Assembly (NCBI GenBank): GCA_002633005.1
Contig: NMRA01000664.1
Location: 1 to 64,000 of the forward strand
Length of the DNA stretch: 64,000 nt
Direction: 5' to 3'
Source: Phoronis australis
Taxonomy: Eukaryota; Animalia; Phoronida
The number at the start of each line of letters is the position of its first letter. Position 1 is the stretch's first letter. The position numbers and the translations under genes are program-made. Below are positions 1 to 13,219 of this stretch, piece by piece. The notes below the pieces were generated by a model. That model was not told where the DNA came from and searched no databases. It worked only from the letters and a program-made list of their open reading frames with translations.

Positions 1-229
1 TGTCGTGGTATAATGCAACAATTAAAAGAATTGATTTGCTTAAATGTTTTTAATTAATTTTAAGGACACTAGCATTTCCCACTAAAATATGAAAATATAC
101 TAAACTTGTTCATCCAACTCGTCTGAATACCAAACTAAAGCTTACAATGCGTTAGTTGAATGATGGCTGGCCTAAATTGCGGGTTTGCGAATTAATCTAT
201 TTATCTGGCACTGCCAGTCGCATCGAATG

Positions 230-1560
230 TGGTATTTCTACAACAACTTTGGAAACTCTTAGGAAATGCACAAGGAAAAGAGCGAGACATTTGAGCACCT
301 TATAAAAGTAATTGGAGCTGATGTGGAGGTGGAACGTGTCCTCCTGAGAAGTGGTCTGTCTCAGTGTCTGCCTAGGAGGCAGCTGTGCAGCAGGAGCTAC
401 GTAATCTACCGTATTAGATTCATTTGCCCGATTCATCGTTACAACACTCGAGATATATTGGCGTCGCCAAAGACACTGAGTACATCCACTGCACACTAGA
501 GGAGAAATCTGATTAGAGGTCTGAAAAATGACCAAGGACGTTAAGTCAAGGTTCAACGTCCTGCTTCGTTTGAGCTAAGGTAGGAATCACTAAACTCCAG
601 GGTCTGACCCTGAGGAATATTTAGAAGCACGTCATTCATGCAAAAATACCTTTATTGACTCACCGTGATTGCTTATAACTTGGGCCTTATTGCTTAATCA
701 TATCTTATTCAAATGTGTTGATGTTTATGCAACTTCATGTATACATTGGCATAGAAAATAGGTTGTCATCATAACTTTTCATAAAAACCACCAAATGTGT
801 AACATGACTTCTGCCCGTGAACTACTTTTAGAGAGTATGTTATGTCTAACAATGAGTTTCTGCGATTATGAAGTAAATTAAACATGCTAAAGCCGTCAAA
901 AATATTGGTGCCTCCACTTTAGCTTGGTATTCATATTTTCTGAGCCGAAATGGTAACATTAAATTTAATATGTCTAATTTTTTTTCATTAATACAATTTA
1001 AGGAATCAGGAAAGGCTTATGCTGAAGAAGTGGCTTCTGCTGAATTTGGAGACCTGCCGATTATTGGTAAAGATTAGGTATGGAAAAGTTCACAACGAGC
1101 AAGAAGGTACCCTTATGGACAACTAAGTGAGGGGGCTAGAGAGAGGCCGAAAAGTCTACTCCCAGAAGATATGTCAAAGAGAATTTGTAACTTGAGGAAC
1201 GAATCGGGGTAAACGTATTTGCCAAAGGTTACTGGCTTATACCACAACAGGTCCAAAGTAATTTGTTGAGATAGGCCACTCTCAGCAAATGTGGGGAAAT
1301 TGGAACAGAGGAAGTGGAAAATGCATCTGCGATTGTCAAGGATGTAGCATTGTAAAAATTCAAAGGGAGGAAACAGTACAGTGGCTGGACCTGTAAAAAC
1401 TCTGGCTGATCTGCTAAATCCAGAGGGGGCATTATTGTGTCAGCACAGCTGTGTTGGGAAGTAGGCTTGTGTGTTGTCGAAAGCTTCGTTTGCACCAGAA
1501 CTGCTTGGGCACGGATCATGATAATGGTACATTGTTCATGTTGTTTAGCCACTGGATTTT
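230..1560 (+). pseudogene. Decayed large DNA-transposase-like gene remnant (superfamily uncertain, possibly Sola-type)
   Basis: Broken frames give ICPIHRY..YWRRQ..HPLH (~420-495), then PEDMSKRICNLRNESG / RIFAKGYWLIPQQVQSNLLR (~1160-1275), then a Cys/His cluster C..CRKLRLHQNCLG (~1470-1510). These resemble N- and C-terminal parts of large invertebrate transposase-like proteins. Recognised by eye only. Confidence 0.35.
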
Positions 1561-3519
1561 TTGGTGATGATTTCTGGCCACTGTACTGTTCCTTTTCTTT
1601 GAAGATGCGTAATTGAATTTATGTTTCCGCATTTTATTTACCATTATAGATTTTGTTTGTAAATGGATCTATATTGCTGAAATTTGAGCCCCTGTTGCAG
1701 TTTGGGTGGTTTTATTAACTTATCTTTCTGCCTGGGTTGTAAACCTTCTATCCATGAGGTAATAAGTTTGATTTAGACCATTTATCTCTATAAACTTTGC
1801 TCAGTTTGTTCCTTATCCAGATGGGAAGTGATTTCTGGAATTGTAGCGAATTGACAGTTTGCTATTTCTTGAGACCATGCTGTGTGTATAAAATCACACA
1901 CTATTAGACTGGTTTCTAGCAATTGCATATTGCCAGATCTTTCAAAGTTCTGAAATTTCTCAAAAGTAACCTGGAAGTAATACCTATTTCATGATGGTAA
2001 ATTGTATAAATCAAAAGTTATTTTATGTGATTTTAGGCGAGTTTATGTCCACTTCAAATGTTTTTTGTTGCAGTACTGACAAGTATTGGCACATTAGCTC
2101 TAGTGGCTCCTTGTTTTTTTGGCGAATTGACCATTTTATGGTTCCCATGGGTAATTTTGTTACTGGTCCATTATGTATTTACAACTGTAATTGTAGGGCA
2201 ATTGTAAAGCAAACCATGTTGCAAAAGTATTTTTTTCATGACCATTTTATTGTAAAATGCTGCCTAATTGGAACCGACAAGCCAATTTTTCATTTTGTGG
2301 TGGTTAGTTTTGATAAGAACATTGATGTGGTAAATACAGCTACCTCAAGTTTGTGAAAAAGAGATTTCCAGTGTTGTCAGCGATATTGCGAAATCACTTT
2401 TTTCGCAGTGAGAGTACATCACCTTAAATGTAATTCCCTGACTTTATGGGCATTGTGTGGTTGACTCTGTCCTGTAGCAATTGGAGTGTTGAGAAGATCT
2501 AGAAGCCACTTTTTTATTAGAGTCACATTTGCACTTTTGACTGTACAGTTATTTTTGCATTGTATTACGAAAACATATTTTGTAGTACACAAGTCTCTGG
2601 TTGGAATTATATATTGGCTGGCACCTGACAGTTGTTTAGGAAACGACGAACCGATGCCCGAACTCGCACTAGTCTTTGCCAACTAGAAAACCTCTCAGGC
2701 TGGAGACTCCAAGTTCTGTCTTCGACGACCGATACCATGACTTGGTCACACTTCGAGTCATCAGCTGCTAGGACACTCAACATAGCTCTCTTTATAGTTT
2801 CTATGACTGCCTCAGGGCCCTGGTGAAATATTGGTCTCAGGCCACTCTGACTCTCGCAGCTCCAAGAAATCAGGACCGTTCCACCACAGCGTACTTTCCC
2901 TGAGAGCTTCAACGGACATTCCTCTTTGTTGGTAGATCTGCTGGATTCTTCGAAGTGGGTACATGACGCCCCTGGTTTGGCTGACTGGAGGTTTGAATCT
3001 CTCCCACTCGGTTGGCTATAAAAGGCTTGAAGGCTCGACCCCTGCCGCGTACCCACCAAAGGACGTTCATACTGTCTGACCAAAACACCAAGACATTTCA
3101 GTCAATCTTCATTACATCAGCAACTGATGTTCCTAGCCTCAAGGCTGTAAATGCTCCCATCAATTCCAGCCTCGGAATGCTCTGTGGCGTCAAAGGAGCT
3201 ACTCTGGTCTTGCTTGCTACTAGTAGTCTCGACACCTTACCGTCGGTGTATTCATATCTGGCATGAACAGCCGTTCCATGGGCGTCTCCAGAGGCATCCA
3301 CGAACACATGCAGCGAGCTCGACAGGACCTCGAGGTTGAGCTGAAGGCACTGAAATATCTTAAGGTCAGACAATTGGTGCAATTCTTCAAACCATTTTTC
3401 GCCTTTACAGCATAATCATGTTCCAGCTCATCGTCCCAGTCTTTGCCTGACGTCCAAAGTTCCTGCAGTAGTATCTTGGCTCTGATGACAAATGGCGCTA
3501 AGAATCCCATCGGGTCGAA

Positions 3520-5019
3520 TTAGGACGCTGTCTTGGCAAGAAAGCTGCGCTTTTTCAACGGCTTTTGGTCATCAGGAGCGTTCGCCTTAAACGTGAAGAC
3601 ATCTTCATTAGCAACCCAAGTCACGCGTAATGTCTTTATAGACGGCAAGGTTTCCTCGTCCAAATCTACTTCCGTGGCTCTATCTTCCGCAGGAATCTCT
3701 CTAAGGACTTCTTCGGATTTAGACAGCCATTTTCTGGCATGTATCCCTGCAGATCCACATAACTGTGAAAATTGACGATACAGCTCAATGCATTCTGTGA
3801 CAGTGCAGGTAGAGTCCATGCTATCGTCCATGTAGGTGGACTCTAAGACTGACTCCGCGACTTGCGGAAAACGACTCTTGTTGTCTTCTGCATGCTTTCG
3901 TGACACAAATTGAGCTTGGAATGGGCAGGAGTTGACCCCGAATACTAGTCTATTGAACTGGTATTCGCTTGGTGGCTTCGATTGGTCAATATCTCTCCAC
4001 AGGAATCTGTGGTACGATCTATCGGTAGGGATTATTCCGATGCGTAGATACATCTCTGCTATGTCACAGACGAGTGCAATTGGAAACCGCCGAAATCGAA
4101 TCAGCACATCGAACAAGTCACGCTGCAACTTTGGCCCCTTGTGTATCATGTCGTTCAAGCATACGCCTTCATGCTTCGCTGATGCGTCAAACACGATGCG
4201 AACTTCAGTCGTAGTCTTGTCTGGACGCACGATCGGGAAATGTGGCAGATACCAAACGTCTCCTTCAGCTTTCCCTACGATGGAAGTTGATGACTCTATC
4301 TTTGAGACGTACCCTTCCTTCGTGTAGTCCTCTTCAGTTTTCGAATAGGTACTTCCTATGGTAGGATCTCCCTTCAGCCGGTTTTTGGTGTTCTCCTGAG
4401 CTGTGCAGTAATTATCAGGTAACTCTTGTCTGTTCTTCCATGGCATCGATACTTCATAATGACCATCCTTTAAGTTCACCGACTCTTCTACTTGTGCGAC
4501 TGCGCTCTTCTCCTCTTCGGTATGACTCGTCGGACGCCTTACGGTTCCGGATGCTTCGATGTCCCAGAAATTACGTAGTGTAGTGTTTAGCTCATGATAT
4601 GCTTGCTCTGCGAAGAAGGTGACGTTGAAATTGGCGGAGCGATTCTCATTTTCACGTGCTCCCCCAATGCACGTCCACCCTAAAGGAGTCAATCTGGCAA
4701 TCGGCTCTCCGGGGTATCCTCGTACATCTTTGAGTGAGTGGTGTAGTTCTGCAAGATCTATTCCGATGAGCAAGTCGACGAAAGATCGAGGGCTGAGACT
4801 TGGAAATGGGAATCCTTGCAGACGTTTCCACTTGGCAGATTGCGACTTCCAGTCGACAGGAAATAAGTCTCCAGTCACTCTTTTCACGGTGAACGCTGAA
4901 ACTGTTGTGTCGGTCCGTCCATCTAGGCTTTTGAGTTGAAACTCCACTGGCACTGTTTGAAAACTGCTCTCTTGTCCGCTCAGCATGTTGACTGAAACGC
5001 TGGGTACTTTGCCATGCAT
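3520..5019 (-). pseudogene. BEL/Pao pol fragment (protease C-terminal part plus reverse transcriptase)
   Basis: 499-aa open segment with TPLGW, YLPHFPIVRPDKTTT.VRIVFDASAK, FGVNSCPF and TYMDD motifs. Confidence 0.9.
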
Positions 5020-5395
5020 CCCAACTGGGAAGCCACGTCACTCTTGATGTACGTCTTCGTGCTGGCATCGTCAAGTATAGCATTGATGATCAGCTTACGA
5101 CTGCCGTTCATCACCTCCACTGGGACAGTGCGCAATGACACGACATGCTTTGTCGAATCGGAGTCTGTAGTCTTCATCGTCGTTGCATGTGTACGCTCTG
5201 CTCTGGTATCCTGCTCCCCCTCAGTGCCAGGAGCAGGCCGACTAGAGTGACTAGATCCATCTTCTGCTCTCGCATCACTGTTGTTTGTACTGTTTGAGGG
5301 ACCATCTCGATGTAGTAGTAGGTTTTGATTTTCCCTGCAGCCATTAACACCGCACTGTCTGCCACGAATGCACTCGCTTCCTCTATGGTTGCATC

Positions 5396-6262
5396 TCAGA
5401 CATCGAAAAATGCTCCGACACGTTTCGCTTCGTCCCATCGCTGAGTGATGCGCATCGCCTTGAAGTCATCACAGAGCCACACAGGATGGCTATCCTTCGT
5501 GCAAACCTTGCATGACGTCATGGGTCTTCTGTCCTTTGGTGTTTTTGTCTCTCCAAAGGATGCGTGCGAAGCATCTCTGTGTTTCGTAGCGAAACCTCGC
5601 AGTGACTCCGCAGCAACCGTCTGAAATTCAGCTTCTTTGATGATCCACTGGCGCAAAGTTTCAACACACTCTGGCTGATTGTGTTCGAACATCCATCGGT
5701 GGTAGTTCGTAACCATGCTCTCAGTCATCTTCTTCAGGATCTTTAGGTACAGTGACCCGTTGCCAAGTTCTTCAGTTCGTCCGGTGTCCTTCAAGTTGAT
5801 GATCAAAACGTCTAGCAGATCTGCCAATCGGTCGACATCTTTCGCATTGGCAGGACGAGTCGGTCGCAACTGGTCTAATTCTTCGAAGTGCAGGTTCACT
5901 TGACGACGCAGTCCACCATATTTTCTCTCAAGAGTGTCTTTTGCTGCTTCATAAGCCAACCCCGAATGGCCTAGGCTTTCGACGATTCTCAGTAGATCCC
6001 CAGACAGGAACTTTTTGAGCTGCAACAGCTTGTATTCAGCGGTCACTGGCCCTATGTCCACACAAGCCATAAACGCTGCCTTCCAGCTACCATACATGTA
6101 CATGTATGTTTTCTTGTCGCCATTAAAAGTCGGGATGAACACTCTTGTCAGTTGCTTCCACATGTCTCTACCTATTTCATCGTCAGCGAGACCTTCATAC
6201 ACTTGGGTACCTTCAGTAGCTGTAAAAGGGCCTTGGTATAGACGGGATGAAACCTCCGGCAA
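5396..6262 (-). pseudogene. BEL/Pao gag fragment
   Basis: FIPTFNGD..YGSWKAAF, KLLQLKKFLSGD, YEAAKDTLERKYG and a Cys/His zinc-knuckle region. The frame is broken at both ends. Confidence 0.8.
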
Positions 6263-6735
6263 GGGGGGGATGTGTTGTGTTTTGCTTTATTTTCGACTTT
6301 AAAAGCGTGTTGTGGGGGCCGGGAATCATACTGTTCTGCTTTGTCAACAACCGATCTTGTTTCACTAGCGCATGTCTCAAACTGACTCTCCGCCCTGTCA
6401 AATTCTTTTTCATTTTTTTCAGTCTCTTTGTTTATTTTGTCTACGTTTGCATGATCACCACTTTTGGCATACAAGTCTGACAGGCGGGCCAGGACGTCTA
6501 TTACGCTCTCATATGCGTCTACGAGATGATTTTCAGTGTTTTGAATTCACTAAGTTTGTGTAAGTGTCATACAAAGACTCTAACAACTGATGGCGACGTC
6601 TGGTAAATAGTGATTTACCTTTGGCTTTCGCCATTTTTAGTTGGGTGGTCTCTTCGTCCGAGTCTGCCGGAACATAGGTCTGGCGCTTACGACCCATTTT
6701 AATTCGTCCACAGTTCTTTTAACGTTGTAACCTTG

Positions 6736-6746
6736 CTCTGCTACCA
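6736..6746 (-). promoter_or_regulatory. Primer-binding site of the BEL element (tRNA-iMet type)
   Basis: The minus strand reads TGGTAGCAGAG, complementary to the 3' end of animal initiator tRNA-Met (..CUCUGCUACCA). It lies just upstream of gag. Confidence 0.7.
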
Positions 6747-6846
6747 ATTCTCTGGCCTCACGATGACCAAAGACAACAATAATAATCTATTTCAACGATA
6801 CATTTTCCGACAACAGTTTGATCAAACTATGACAATATGGCGGACT

Positions 6847-6926
6847 CAACTACGCCCCCAGCCGCTAAAAGGCAGCACTAAAATAGCACAACTACGCCCC
6901 CAGCCGCTAGAGGCAGCACTAAAATA
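6847..6926. repeat. Two ~42-bp tandem copies within the putative BEL 5' LTR
   Basis: caactacgcccccagccgcta(a)aggcagcactaaaata occurs twice. Confidence 0.85.
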
Positions 6927-7074
6927 CTTCTATACAACAAAGAACACTCGGAATAAAGGCGATAGCGTGATTAGATTTAATAAGTTGATTAAGTGAACTA
7001 AAATGAAGTAAATAAAGTAAATGAAGATATAATAAAATAATACTTGTACTAATTTAACTAAAGTCTCTATAACA

Positions 7075-8253
7075 TCTTCATTATGCCCGTTGTTATAATA
7101 AATATATAATGACGAGCACTTATCGGCAACGGTCTGATGTACGCAAGGTTCTATATCCATGCGACCTGCTGTCATATCCAACAATGACACAACAAAGGAA
7201 AACAATGATAGGAACGATGGGCTGAACACATGCGATGAGTTGCCACGGACAGTGGTGGAGTTTGTCTTGTTACTCGAATGTTTTTATAGAACTGCAAACC
7301 CGGTATTTCGTTAGGAAAATTTCTGCGGTCTTTTGTTTTAAGTCGTGGGAAAATTGCGGTCATGCCACCAAACTTATCATTCATTTGATATTAAAATGCA
7401 TTGCATGAACACTTGATCAACAGAAAATCTGACTTGAATATTGTGAAGAAATACCCATGAGGAAATTGCATGGTATAACAACTGTTAATCAAAATAACCT
7501 ACATTTGTTGAGTTCATGTCTAACCCTGTTCACTGTTGAGGATATAATTGGCGTTTTACAAAATGGAGCCATGTATGGTATTTAGGGGTTCTATAGCCCT
7601 AAGTGGTAAGTAGAAAAACGTTCAAAACATTCAGGAGGAACTAACTTGTTGGAAAATATCGAAAAACATGAAGGACAATCGGATTTTACGGTGCTCACGC
7701 ATCGATCTCAGATATATTAAAATTTCTCATTTTAGTGCATTTGAGATGAAAAAATGTATAACTAATAAACTGGCTGACAAAGTTTTTATTTATGCAATGA
7801 AAGTAACATGTTTTGTCAAAATTTTGGCTAAGATTCATTATCATAGCAGTGGGGGCAGATTTTATACAGCAGTGTACTGAACATAACCTCTAAATGGCAT
7901 AACGTGGGGCAGTGTAGTAAAACTACTAAATGAGGGTGGTAAATCGGAATCGTGTTTCCAGGCATCTGTGTAACAATGTATAGGCACCACTAAACAATGC
8001 CAAGTCAATAATAAATCAATAGCTTTCATTCAAGGAAAAATATAAACAGTTAAAACTTGACAGTTTTTATACCATGAAAACATGGCTGCGAAGCCGTAAA
8101 ATGTGTTTGAGCCTATAACTTTAGAAAAACGCAATAATTTGAGAAAATATTTTACCGCTGTTTGTGGATCCAATAGGGCTACCTATGTGCCAAGTTTGGT
8201 GAAAATGGGCTGACCCCCACCTTGCCTCCCATGGTTGGTGTTCTCGTGGACTT
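7075..8253 (+). mobile_element. Non-autonomous DNA element, copy 1 (~1.2 kb, probably Academ-derived)
   Basis: Colinear diverged similarity to 36140-37323 (e.g. tatcggcaacggtctgatgtacg ... cccccaccttgcc..atgg.tggtg.tctcgtggac). The ends read gtggactt and gtggacca, implying an ancestral GTGGACTA, i.e. a TAG terminus as in Academ. Confidence 0.7.
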
Positions 8254-8661
8254 GTACTTAATACTGATGGTTTCAACAAGAGGGGCCCTATCTTTCACTT
8301 CTTATTGTAGTGTGCTTGTGCCTAGTAAATGTATTGTTACAAACACCTTGGGACGTTAAATTGACAATCAGAACACTCCTTACACTTTTGCCTAAAAAAT
8401 CTAAAAATTTAGTACAAAGCATTTAAAAACTGGACTTCCATTACTAAGAAACTAGCGCTCGCCCTGAAGTAGTTGATCGTTTATTTAGATAATTTTTGAA
8501 ACTGAAATATCCTTGCATTTACACTGTTCCCTATAAACATTTGTTTCAGAGTTAATAAGTCTGAGATTTGCAATAAAATGTCAATTTGCTTTCACATTCA
8601 ATTCAATTATTTTTGTTTTATTTCCACAGTATAGTTATGTTTCTTGTTATAAGTTGCATTA

Positions 8662-8808
8662 CAGTGGCGGATCTAGGATACCTTAAGGAAGGGGGCGCAA
8701 CATGTTGTCTCGGGGAATTGGGCAAAGCGCTGTTGCTGTTCCATATTGCTTGCGAGGGGTGGCAGGGCCCCCTGGGTCTCCCCCCCCTCCCCCATAAATC
8801 CGTCTATG
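8662..8808. mobile_element. MITE with CAGTGGCGGATCTA-type TIRs
   Basis: Left end cagtggcggatcta; right end reverse complement catagacggattta; flanks catta/cattc (5-bp TSD with one mismatch). Confidence 0.6.
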
Positions 8809-9109
8809 CATTCCGTTGGTGACAAGGAGACAATTATGCCAGGTATCCGTAATTGTTCAATTTAAATCAATATGATCAAGTTTTGCAGTGTGAAAGACGA
8901 TAAAAGTATCCGCCATGCAAGAAACTGGGTGTGAACTGGAACCAGCGCGAACCGATTTATTTTTTGCGACGCGAACCGTTTCCGACTCGGAGCTAGTGTT
9001 GGCCAGGCGCATTTGGTGGACTGTCAAGCGTGATTTGCAATTTGAGAAAGTGCCATGGCAACTGAGAAAAAATATTAATCACCAGTACCCTCAATATGCA
9101 TTCGGTGGC

Positions 9110-9260
9110 TGTTATAGCTTGTTTAGTCGCCAGATGGCGTTATTATTAACACGTTTTTACCCATGATGCTCTTCCGTTACGGCTGCTTACTGTAGTTTGG
9201 GATAATTAATATAGTACTCAGTTATCTATTAACATCAGTGTTATTCCCAAAGTTATCACA
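9110..9260 (+). repeat. Gypsy 5' LTR (151 bp)
   Basis: tgttatagc...ttatcaca; differs from the 3' LTR by 5 substitutions and one 3-bp indel (counted by eye). Confidence 0.95.
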
Positions 9261-9262
9261 AT

Positions 9263-9272
9263 TGGCGACGAG
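9263..9272 (+). promoter_or_regulatory. Primer-binding site (tRNA-Ser type)
   Basis: TGGCGACGAG lies 2 nt after the 5' LTR and is complementary to the ..CUCGUCGCCA 3' end of tRNA-Ser(GCU). Confidence 0.8.
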
Positions 9273-9284
9273 AAAAACAAACCA

Positions 9285-12200
9285 ATGGCAATGCACGGAC
9301 AATGTAAGGAATATAACGCGGACACTGAAAACTGGAATAATTATGTGGAGAGGCTGAACTTTTATTTCGTTGCAAACGACGTGGAATCCGATGACAAAAG
9401 GAGGGCGATTTTTCTGACTACGTGTGGCCCAGCCACTTATCAAACCATACGGAATCTGATACAACCAGCAAAGCGCGGAGATAAGACATTCACAGAACTC
9501 ATCGATGTGTTAACGGAACATTATGCTCCCAAGGAAAATACCATTGTTTGCAGGTACGTATTTCACTCAGCCCAACGCTCCAAGGACGAATCGATTACTC
9601 AGTACACGGCACGTTTGCATCAAACAGCAGGAAAGTGTGAATTTCAAGTTGGTGAGACACTTGAGGATATGTTGCGTTATCGGTTGGTCTGTGGTGTACA
9701 AAACCCAGACATGACATTTTCTAAGGCACTAGAAATGTGCACGGCACTGGAAACGGCTGTCTGCAATGTGGGACTAATAGGTGGGACAGTTGGTAGCACA
9801 CACTAGGTTCAGGGTCAAAAGCGGAAGGAGAACGAGAAGCAGAGTCAGACGAAACAGCAAAGTCAGACAAAAGTGTGTTTTCGCTGTGGTGGAAAGCACG
9901 AACCAGAGGCATGTAGGATTCAGGAGGCGGAGTGCCATAGGTGCGGTAAGAAGGGTCACCTACGAAAGAAATCTTTTTCAGCACCCAAAACCACAAAGCC
10001 AAATGGTAAGAGCACGTATCATGTGTCCAAGTCTCAGAACCTGCTAAACAAAGTCCATGGGCAAGAAGGTGGAGAGTCTCCGATCGTCACGACTTTCATT
10101 ATCCATGGTAAACCTCTCCAGTTTGAGGTAGACAATGGCTCTCCCAAGACGTTGATTAGCCAGGAAAACTTTGACAATCATTTTGATGGTGTAAAATTGA
10201 TTCATGCCAGTGACAGTTTGTACTCATATACAAAGTCACAAATTAAACTTAGGGGCAAAGCTACGGTACATGTCAGTGTAAATGGTAAGTGGTATGACTT
10301 ACCATTACTAGTTGTTCGGGAGAACGTTCCAAACTTGTTGGGGCGTGACTGGTTACATATGTTACTAGGGCCTAAATGGAAAAATAAAGTCATGAATGAC
10401 TGGGAATCAGTGAACAAAGTGTTAACAAGTGATCTGGATGATCTGTTGACCGGGTTTACGAATTTGTTTGCGGACGAACTTGGTAACTTGACAGGTGAGG
10501 TGGCTAAAATCCACATGCCCGCTGATGCGCGTCCTCAGTTTTTCAAAGCCCGACCCGTACCATATGCCTTACAGCCACGAGTGGACGATGAGGTAGATCG
10601 TCTGGAACAGTCCGGTGTCATCGAGAAGGTACAATTTTCTGAATGGGCCGCGCCCATAGTACCGGTTGTGAAGTCTAACGGTAAGATACGCAATTGCGGA
10701 GATTTTCGCGTCACTGTCAATAAGGAAGCACTGCTTGATAAGTATCCCATTCCGAAAATCGACGAAATACAGGCGAAGCTGGCGCAGGGTTGCCAGTTTA
10801 GTAAGCTCGATATGAGTAATGCTTATTTACAGATGCCGGTCGATGGAACTTCACAGAAGTATTTGGTAATTCATACCCACCGTGGGTTATACAAATATAC
10901 GCGGTTACCATGTGGGGTTCATTCCGCCCCAGGTATTTGGCAACGCGCCATCGACAACTTTTGCAAGGGGTTGCCGGGAGTAGTCGTCTATCTTGACGAC
11001 ATAGTTGTGACGGGCAAATGTCGGGAAGAACACTTGGCGAACTTAAAGGCAGTGTTACTCAAACTTTCAGATGCCGGTCTGAGACTAAATCGTGAAAAGT
11101 GTAGCTTCTTACAGGACGAGATCGTCTATCTTGAGCATCATATTGACAAAGAGGGGCTTCACCCTACTGATGATAAAGTTGCAGCTATTCGCGATGCACC
11201 GGCTCTGAAAATGTCTCAGAATTACGTGCTTATATTGGAATGGTGAACTATTATTGCAAATATTTCCGAGATGCATCTACGCACTTAGCACCGCTCTACA
11301 GACTGATACAGAAAGGTGTTCGTTGGTCATGGACAGACAAGGAGAACACGGCTTTCGAGCTGTCCAAAGATCTGTTGTCTTCGGACACGGTACTGACACA
11401 TTATGACCCGACCCGATTGTGCTTGCTTGCGACGCGTCTCCCTGTGGTCTCGGGCGGTTATCTCTCACATAGACAGTGATGGTTCAGAGCACCCTATTGC
11501 TTACGCATCTCGCACCTTAAACACTGCAGAAAAGAACTACAGTCAACTGGACAAGGAGGGTGCCGCAATCAGTATTTGTACGGACGTACATTTTGTTATT
11601 GAGTCGGACCATAAGCCACTGATGGGAATTTTTGGAACCGACAAGGCTATCCCGCAGATGGCCTCGGACCGTTTGAAACGGTGGTCGCTCATTGTGTCCG
11701 GAAACAAATACGCGATTCGGTACAAACCGGGAGCGAAGCTGGCCAATGCTAATTGATTTAGCAGGTTGCCTGTTCGCGAATCTCCGGCTCGAGTGGAGAT
11801 GCCAGGCCAAGTGAACTGGGTGAAGGAGACTTTGTAAACCACTTCTGCGAACATGCGTAATTTGAAACGATTGACAACCAGAGACAGTGTATTGTCCACT
11901 GTACTGCATTATGTGAGATTCGGTTGGCAATCTAAGGTGACTGATGAACGTTACCAACCGTATTATGTTCGTCTCGATAAACTTAGTGTAGATAATGACT
12001 GTGTCTTATGGGATTGTCGTCTTGTTGTAGCCCAGTCACTCCGTTCTCATGTACTGCATGAGCTACACGAAGCTCATCTGGGAATTTCGAGAACAAACTT
12101 GGCGAGAGGTTACATTTGGTGGCCAAAAATGGACAGCGAGACAGAAATGATAGTTAAATTTGTTCGAACTGTCAGCATTGCAGGAAAATGCCTGCTGAAG

Positions 12201-13219
12201 CTCCACTACAGCCGTGGGTGGAACCAGGAGAACAGTGGGAACGTCTGCATCTTGATTATGCAGGTCCTTTCGAGGGAAAGATGCTGTTAGTAATAATCGA
12301 TGCAAAATCAAAGTGGATTGATGTACACGTGAACAGTTCTTCGTCATCCGCTGCGACTATCGAAAGCATGCAAAAATCGTTCGCAGATCATGGTGTGCCA
12401 CGTTCGGTTGTTAGTGAAAATGCATCATATTTCTGTAGTGAAGAGTTTCGTGACTTCTTGAACGGCAATTTGGTGAAACAAATACTTGTGTCTCCCTACC
12501 ACCCCGCGTCAAACGGACCGGCCGAACGGGCCCTACAGGTGGTCAAGGACGGACTTCGTAAGATCAAAAGTGGGGCTCTATCTACAAGATTGAACAAGCT
12601 GCTTATGTGGTACAGCTTAACCCCACATAGCACAACTGGTGAACCACCTTGTGACCTGTTGTTCCGTAGGAGAATGCGGTCTTGTCTAGACATCATGCGA
12701 CCCGCGCAAAAATCCGAGAGGCAATGGTTGCAGAAGGACTACCATGATCGGAACAATGCTCGTGGCGACCGCGTATTCAATCCAGGTGATAAAGTACTTG
12801 TGAAAAGTTTCGGTACTGTTGGTGAAAAATGGCTTAAAGCCACTGTTATTGCGTCTTCTGGGCTGGTGTCGTATCAGGTCGAATTGTTGGATGGTTGTGT
12901 TATGCGACAACACATTGACCATATATTACAGGTGTTGGAGACTGACGTGCGTGAAGCCGTGATTCCGAAGTCTGCCGTGGTGGAACCTGCAGTGATATCT
13001 GATGGTGTGATTGTACCAAAAACATTCGCAAAAACTGTGGAAACTCCAACTGGTCGAGTCAACAATGAACATGTTACATCTCCAGAGACTTTAACGGAGC
13101 CAGCTGTGGCGGATAAACCGCTGCCTGCACCCAGAAGTTCGTTGAGGGTTGTAAAACCACGGGTTCCGCTGGATTTAAGTGTAATTAAGATGGAACGTTG
13201 CAAAATGCATTTGTGGTAG
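9285..13219 (+). pseudogene. Gypsy gag-pol, disrupted
   Basis: ORF pieces 9285-9806 (gag), 9873-11246 (knuckles, PR, RT), 11240-11756 (RNase H), 11853-12290 and 12188-13219 (integrase), joined by frameshifts and stops. Confidence 0.9.

Larger units (their letters stand above)
2607..6939 (-). mobile_element. BEL/Pao LTR retrotransposon, degenerate and 3'-truncated (no integrase or 3' LTR seen)
   Basis: Gag-like ORF 5396-6262 (PTFNGD..WKAAF, C-terminal CKVC..H..W.C knuckle). Protease ILDDAS in 4980-5438. RT 3520-5019 (YLPHFPIV, RIVFDASAK, LNDMIHKGPKLQ, DIAEMY, YMDD). Pao RNase H in 2909-3510 ([38 protein letters not shown]). Multiple frameshifts. The 5' boundary is approximate. Confidence 0.92.

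Noticed and set aside
3533-6563. Plus-strand ORFs over the BEL element (and minus-strand ORFs over the Gypsy element)
   Set aside because: They are antisense shadows of retrotransposon coding sequence with no independent motifs.
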